A stretch of DNA of 64,000 nucleotides from Azolla caroliniana. Lineage: Eukaryota > Plantae > Polypodiophyta. The stretch's first letter is position 1; every line of letters begins with the position of its first letter. The stretch lies in the NCBI GenBank assembly GCA_043228905.1, contig JBHGNT010000001.1, forward strand, positions 33,542,001 to 33,606,000. The letters run 5' to 3'. Position numbers and translations under genes: made by a program. The notes beneath the pieces were generated by a model. It did no database searches. It was not told where the DNA came from and saw only the letters and a program-made list of their open reading frames with translations. Below, piece after piece: positions 57,158 to 64,000 of the stretch.

Positions 57158-58607
57158 TGCAACTTGTTGATGCCATATGTGTTGTGCGATTGGGCATTGG
57201 AAACCTTGTTTCTTTATTGCCATTCTAATCGAATTTCCTCCAAACCAAAGTGCAAATGCAAAAGTTTTTTGGTCTAATATCACTTAAACTATCATGTGTG
57301 AACCATAGTATGCACAAGGAATCAACAACATATAGAAACAATAGAGAATACCAATTGAATTAATATCAATGTGCCAAAGGGAGATTATAACATAGGTATG
57401 ACACAACAAGAGTTCAACATTTTTTTTTAGCAATACTTATATTACTATTGGGAAACCTCAACATTTGCCCCTATTTGAGCACATATAGACATGGCTTTGT
57501 TGCTTGAAGTGAATAAGTTTAGCACTTCCAATGTATTTGTTCTTTCTTTCTTTTTTCTTCTCCTGTTCTCACACAAGACACAAGTGCACCGAGTTTGCTA
57601 TGTTGTATACTCCTTTGGGAGAAGAACTTTTCACTTACTCCAAAGCAATGTAAAGATATGCTATTCCCATCGATGGAAAAATGGTACATAGTATTCTTAT
57701 TGGTGAGGTTGCATGAGTGTGCAAAGAATTGGGTTGGTCCTATCCTCCCATTAAAGCTCCATTTAGGATATGGAAGTCATGGATCCTATGAATAGGTACA
57801 TAGAAAACATAGCAATATTGTTGTTCCATGGTAAGATGCCATACACATATCTACTGTTAGCTCAAGTGCACTACTTGAAAAAATGCGTGGTAGAAGGTGT
57901 GCATGGCATAAGGAGGGAGGCCTACGTAAGGCACACTTTGATTGATACAGATTGCCAAAGCGAAATGCTACTTCATTCAATCTCCATTAAACGTACGGGA
58001 AGCAGATGGGGGGGGGGCATGCCATGCTCCAAAGTCAGGCAGTTGATCGACTAGATAAATAAATACAGATGTGTGATGTGGGTGGGAGAATTTGAAAGTA
58101 GTGCTACTCCCTCATTCTCCGTCACACATGTGGAGGCATGCCATGGTATATATGGTTGTTTGGTCAGTGCGATAGAGTAAGTACCCTTGAAATGCCGGCC
58201 TTTTTGCGGCGAAATACCCTAATGGATTATAGACATAGATGATCACAAGACAGAGAAGCCTTTCTTCTTTGTTTTATATGAATAATGACACAGTGTGGTG
58301 GTGGTGTGTGTGTGGGGGGGGAATGCAAATCTTGGCCATGTTTGAAAATTGAAGCAAAAATCTCACATGATTTCCCCTCAAAACAGAGGAACCCAACACA
58401 CACAAACACACAGAGGGAGAGGGAGCATAAAAAACAGAGATGACAGAGAACCCATCATGTCAGCGTCAGAGCTGGAAACAGAGCTCCAATTTCGCTCCTG
58501 AAGAATAATCATTAAGGTATTTGTTTCCTGCATCAAACCTATAAGCTCGGCAGAAGACAAAAAAGAGAAGCAAAACCAGTTGCTTTTTGTTCGCCTCTCT
58601 GATTAGT

Positions 58608-61600
58608 ATGGCTACTCCTCCTGCTTCTTCATATCGTCTTCAACTCAGAGCTTCGGTTAAACATCTTCGAGAACGTGGTCTTTATGCTGCTGCAAAATGG
58701 TAAGTTTCTCTTTTTCTGTCTCTCCCTCCCTCAATTTCTCTATATAACGAGCATATTTGATCTATATGCTTAGATACCTATATGTATATACATACATACG
58801 TTTTTTTCACTTCTTTTAAGAAATGATTTTTTCTTTCTGTTGAAATTAGAAGGAAATTAGCCAAATAGAACAGGGGCATTAGGAAAAGGGGATTGTAGAG
58901 ATATGTGTATTCCTGTTTATGTGCATATATATATACATACATGCATATGTTTCTTCTATTTTAAAATTGTTTCCTCCCTCAGTCATTAAAATGTCCGTCA
59001 AATTTTCAAACTTCCAGTTGGAAATGTTTTGTAAATGGGACAAAATCCAACAGAAATAAGCAATTTTTGTACTAAATTCTTACACATGTTATGGTATTTT
59101 ATGTAAATTTCTTCCCCCGAATTTCTCTAAAATGCTGGTTGAATATTTAAACTTTCCATTTGGAATATTATTTAAATGGAGATACCCGAAATATATACAA
59201 TTTCTATTAAGTTTTGAATGTTGCTTTTATTCACTAAAATGCATATCACAATTTCAAACTCTGGTTGGAAACATTTTTTAACTAATGAAAAATTCAACAA
59301 AAATATGTATTTTTTTACTGATCGTTGTACTTGTTCTGTAGTATTTTCTCTTGCTGTGTCAGGAGAAGGGTTCCCTCATTCACTAAACTGACAATTGACT
59401 TTTTAAACTTTCTGGCTGGAAATATATTCTTTATTGGAACAAAATCAAACACAAATATACACATTCTATACCAAACCCTACAATGTGGAGACTTGGCTGA
59501 TTAGTAAGGCTAGGTTCATGGGATGGGACTGAAGATAGAATGTGTCAGTGACCAACTCTCATATGGTGGTATTTTCAAACATTCTATCTTGAAATATCTA
59601 TAATGGAAAAAAATGTGACAGGAATATACGTACAAACACAGACTAACCCAAAGAAGGAGATTAGGTACTCATGTCTCACTTGAGCTTCATTTACATGTGT
59701 AAACTAGTAGGAAATGATAATGAAATGTTCAAATAGCAGGAATTTACTAGAAAATTTATGTATATATATGTGTTTTTACACACACAATTGTGTATTGTGT
59801 TAGCAAAAAAGAGATTGAATGAATTGATGGGGAGCCTTATGAAAACCGAGTTGATGTAAGGCCCTGCATTAGAAGTGGCAAGTGAATCGACACCATTAAC
59901 TGAAGCTATCTGGTAGTTTGTGCATGAAAAATATTGTTGGAAGGCATTTGAAATAAATATTTTAGGATGGAATATGTGGTTGCAACCCATTGTTTTTGTT
60001 GCATTCGTTGTTGCATGTCTGGCAGAAACTGAAAGACTGGTATTTCATCTACCAAAGGTTGAGAAGGAACTTGTAGCAGGTTATCAAACCAAATATTTTG
60101 GGAATAAAATCTGGTGTATTTTATGCTGGTTCCTACCCACATTTATTGGTTCATCAGCTGTAACAGACCTTTGTCTAGGTGGATGGCTCTTATGATGAAT
60201 TCCTTAAACGAAAATAAAAGGATATCTATGTATATAACACTATATCTTCCTTTCACCTCTCCTTCTAGTATTTACTGAAATGGAAACAAAAGAGAAAGAA
60301 TTGACCTCATTTTTGCCCGTGGATTCAGCAACAAACGAGAACTATCCATTTCAGACCAATATGCTGGAGGTAGTAATGGTTAAAATTTAGAGGGATGAGC
60401 TTTCTTTTGAGATTCTGTCCACTAAAAATCGATGAATTATAAAATGACTTAGATAAAACAATTTGTGATGTATCAAAAACAGTACATTTCATTGAGAATG
60501 TTGATTAATTTCAAAACCCATTTTGATCTCCAGTAGCTACAACAGTTTTTGCTATTGATACTTTAATCGCTATTTGGTTAGCAATAGGAGCGATTCTATT
60601 GTCACAGATCTTCAACTTTTGGACCATTTCAACATTAGACCCAGACAAACTCATTGCATTGCGCACATAAGTTCTAGGGAGATTTTTGGTGGTTCTCCAT
60701 GATGTGTGCAACCTGTCCTAACTCTATTAAATTGTGGTTTAAGAGATTCTGACTCTACCCAAACTGACAAATCTGGAAAGTTCTTTTGCATTTTAAAGGA
60801 GATCTTATATGTATCAGCGGCGTTGACAAACGAAGGCTGTATGTCTTTGGATGTATCCCTGGATGGATTCACAAGGAATATTCATTATTAATACAATAGA
60901 TAGAGCTCTAGTTAATCAAATATTGAGGAGTCCTCATATCTTCCTTAATCGTGAGTTAGATCAGAGAGGAATCTCAGCATGTACTGGCACAGTAATTTCA
61001 GATTGGGGATTCAAATAAAAAATTGATAAAAAATAGAATCTGGGTTTGCACCAGCCAGAAACCCAAGATATCAGTCTGATAATAGTAATGATTATGGTAT
61101 CAATAAAAAAAAAACATTTTAGAAAATGTTTGCTGCCCAAAAATATTCCAATCGTCTCTAAGTAGTTATTAAGCCCTATTATTGAGTTTGGGAATGGAAA
61201 AAAATTAGAAAAAACAAACAGGATGTAGATTTCATCATGAACCAAGCAAGGTAGAAACAGAGCTGGTATTTGCCAAATAGTTGGTTTCAAGGTTTGTGGA
61301 CACATGCAACTATATTCTATGATCAAGTATTTTGAAACATTCATCATAACTTACGTATTTTCTAAGAATTAATTGGTATGTTCTATAGAAATAAGCTAAA
61401 TGATAGCACGAAGTCTGTGAAATTCTCGAGTGGAAAGACCAATACACTCTAGGTTTCTGAAGAGAAAACCAAGGACTAATCTTGTCTGAGATAGAGGCTG
61501 AAGCTTTTGGTAAAATACCAACCAACGACAAATGCATCAACTATTAACTGCTAATTATACTATCGAGAAGCTTTAAGAGAAACAAATTGGAATCACGTTT

Positions 61601-63745
61601 GGAATCCTCTCAGATTGATACGGAAGGAAGTTTTTAGTGCTAGCATTTTATCAATCTCTAATACCTTGTTCATGTGCAAATGCAAACATGAATGCTATTT
61701 TTTATACTGCCAATCTCTGTTTTTTTACTGTTGTCCAAAATCTTTTCTTTATACTTTTGATGGTTAAATTTATGAAGCAGGATTACATTTTTTTCATGAG
61801 TTCTGGTTTGCTGTTTTCATGGGCAAAAATTTGATCTGATTGGTTGTCCAGGGCTGCAGAACAGCTAGTTGGACTGCCAGATGATGCAAACTTGCCTGGA
61901 TCATCAGTTTTATTCTCATCACAAAAGTTGACCACCAAAACTATATCTAGAAAGAGAGAAACTATCGACGTAATTGGATCTGGAAATTTGTCTATAGAAA
62001 ATGAAGAAGAGGAAGAGGATGATGTTTACCTCTTGGCCAAGTCCTATTTTGACATGAAGGAATATAGGAGAGCTGCACATGTCCTGAATGGCGTTCTTGG
62101 CAAAAAAGCTCTATTTCTACGTTGCTATGCAACCTATTTGGTGAGTGTCTTTAACAACAATCTCTTTTTCACTTGTCACAAGGGCTTGCTTTATAAACAA
62201 TCATCTCTCTCTCTCTCTCTCTCTCTGACAGTTAATACACATATATGAGAGAGTAGAATAGGATAGATATTTTACTGTCCATCCAAGAGATTTCAATTCC
62301 AAAAATTTGGGAGGAGCACATGGTAATCATTAGTGATAGAGAGACAGTGTAATAGAATAAATATTTTATCTTTTATCCAAGAGTATCCAATTCCAAAAAA
62401 TTCGGGTAAGGGCATTTGCAATAGGAGTAGATAGTATTCTTTTGTGTGTGTGTGAGAGAGAGAGAGATAGAGAGAGATTGCCTCTGATAAATAGGCAGGT
62501 GAGAAGAGAAAAGAAGAAGAGATAATTGAGTCAGCAGGCCCTCTTGGAAGAAGTGATGCAATGAACCCAGAATTACCAGCATTGGAGCTAGAGCTAAGCA
62601 GGCTATACGCAAAAAGGGTACTTGATCCTTTTGGAATCTACTTATACGGCGTGATCCTACATGATCTTGACAGGAAAGCTGAATCACGGGCAGCTCTTTG
62701 CATGTCTGTAAATGAATATCCATGGAATTGGAGTGCTTGGCTAGAGCTCCAATCATTGTGTACAGATCATGACAATTTGGCAACATTAGATCTACATGAT
62801 CATTGGATGCGTGATTTTTTCGTTGCTAGCTTATACCTGGACATGCAAAGAAATACAGAAGGACTAGCTTGTTATCGGTCTCTTCATTCAGTTTTCCAGA
62901 ACAGTGATTATATCTTATGTCAAACTGCAACAGCCCATTACAATTTACGCGAGTTTGATGAGGCAGAGAGCTTGTTTGAAGAGCTTCTCCGAACTGACCC
63001 TTATAGAATAGAAGGCATGGATACCTACTCCAACATCTTATATGTGAAAGAGTGCTTTGCAGCTTTAAGCCACTTAGCTCACAAGGCTGTATTGACTGAT
63101 AAGTATCGGCCAGAGGCATGTTGTATCATTGGAAATTACTACAGCCTTAAAGCTCAACATGAGAAGGCTGTTCTTTACTTCAAGAGAGCACTCAAGCTAA
63201 ATAGAAAGTATTTGTCGGCATGGACACTTATGGGGCATGAATATGTAGAGATGAAGAATACTCCTGCTGCTATTGATGCTTATCGTAGAGCTGTGGATAT
63301 TAATCCGAGGGACTATCGGGCATGGTATGGACTTGGCCAGACTTACGAGATTCTTGCAATGCCCTACTATGCTTTATACTACTATCGTAGAGCCACTCAA
63401 TTAAGACCTAATGATGCTCGGATGTGGTGTGCTATGGGGCAATGTTATGAAAATGAACAGTTGCAAATGCATGCTTCAGCAATCCGATGTTACCGAAGAG
63501 CGGTTAGTAACAATGATCGAGAAGGTATCGCATTACACAAACTTGCGAAACTACATAATCAGCTTGGACAAGCTGATCAAGCTGCTCATTACTACAAGAA
63601 GAACTTGGAAAGGATGGAGAGTGACCAGACTGAAGGAGCTGATATAGTAGAGGCTCTTGTGTTTCTTGCACACTATTGTAGAAGTCAAAACATACTTGCT
63701 GAGGCAGAGAAGTATTGCACAAGGCTGCTTGATTATGGAGGACCG
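58608..63745 (+). CDS. APC8: Anaphase-promoting complex subunit 8 / CDC23 (3' end beyond window); exons 58608-58699, 61852-62140, 62495-63745
   Basis: LRASVKHLRERGLYAAAKW|AAEQLVGL, YLLAKSYFDMKEYRRAAHVL, YPWNWSAWLEL, DKYRPEACCIIGNYYSL and AWTLMGHEYVEMKNTPAAIDAYRRAVDINPRDYRAWYGLGQ are TPR motifs of CDC23. Confidence 0.96.
58990..59475. repeat. Degenerate ~120-150-bp tandem repeat, ~4 copies, in APC8 intron 1
   Basis: Recurring ttt.aaact....g.tggaaa..ttt...aatgg...aaa...aac..aaata motif at ~59000, 59145, 59250 and 59400. Confidence 0.6.
59640..60625 (+). pseudogene. Mosaic plastid DNA insertion (NUPT) in APC8 intron 1: ndhA intron 3' end plus exon 2 (~59640-60190) and petD 3' part (~60478-60625); may extend to ~61640
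   Basis: Group II domain V-like ggggagccttatgaaaaccgagttgatgtaaggccctg precedes GWNMWLQPIVFVAFVVACLAETERLVFHLPKVEKELVAGYQTKY...LGGW (ndhA). [36 protein letters not shown] resembles petD NPFRRPVATTVFL.GT..AIWLGIGA. Stops and frameshifts are present. Confidence 0.9.
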
Positions 63746-64000
63746 GTAATGTTATTTTTTCATTGTCACCTATTATTATGTTTTTCTTTGATGCTGAACA
63801 CCAATTTTCTTTTATGAGGGATTGTAGTTGGTGTAAAATCTAATAAAAAATGCATGTCTCTTAAAGTAAAATGTTTTTTGTGGTTTAATCAATCAATCAA
63901 GGTATTAATAGGTCATATCCATGGGAGAGAAGAACCATATTCTAGGTGAATAGAACAAGGAGTACCTATGAAGATTATTATATCTTCGAAAAGAGTTTAT

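Overview
Eukaryotic, land-plant nuclear DNA, most likely from a fern (inference from plastid-derived inserts that keep apparently unedited codons and a trnL 5' exon with a C wobble base). It is AT-rich and microsatellite-rich, with nine protein-coding genes: an SGS3-like XS-domain gene (runs off the left edge), a bacterial-type BtuF/TroA-like periplasmic-binding-fold gene, a SERAC1-like alpha/beta hydrolase, a P-class PPR protein, a HIPP metallochaperone, a UBP23-like deubiquitinase, serine palmitoyltransferase LCB2, an organelle-type SWIB protein and APC8/CDC23 (runs off the right edge). It also holds two mosaic plastid insertions (NUPTs), two hAT-type MITEs with 8-bp TSDs, LTR remnants and many local tandem duplications. 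The two most notable observations are (1) the intact, spliced cobalamin/metal-binding-protein-like gene at 8031-9639, and (2) a ~0.7-kb inverted duplicate of the SWIB gene's upstream region placed downstream of the gene and pointing back at it. Exon boundaries were read by eye from splice motifs and frame continuity. Family calls come from remembered motifs, not database searches.
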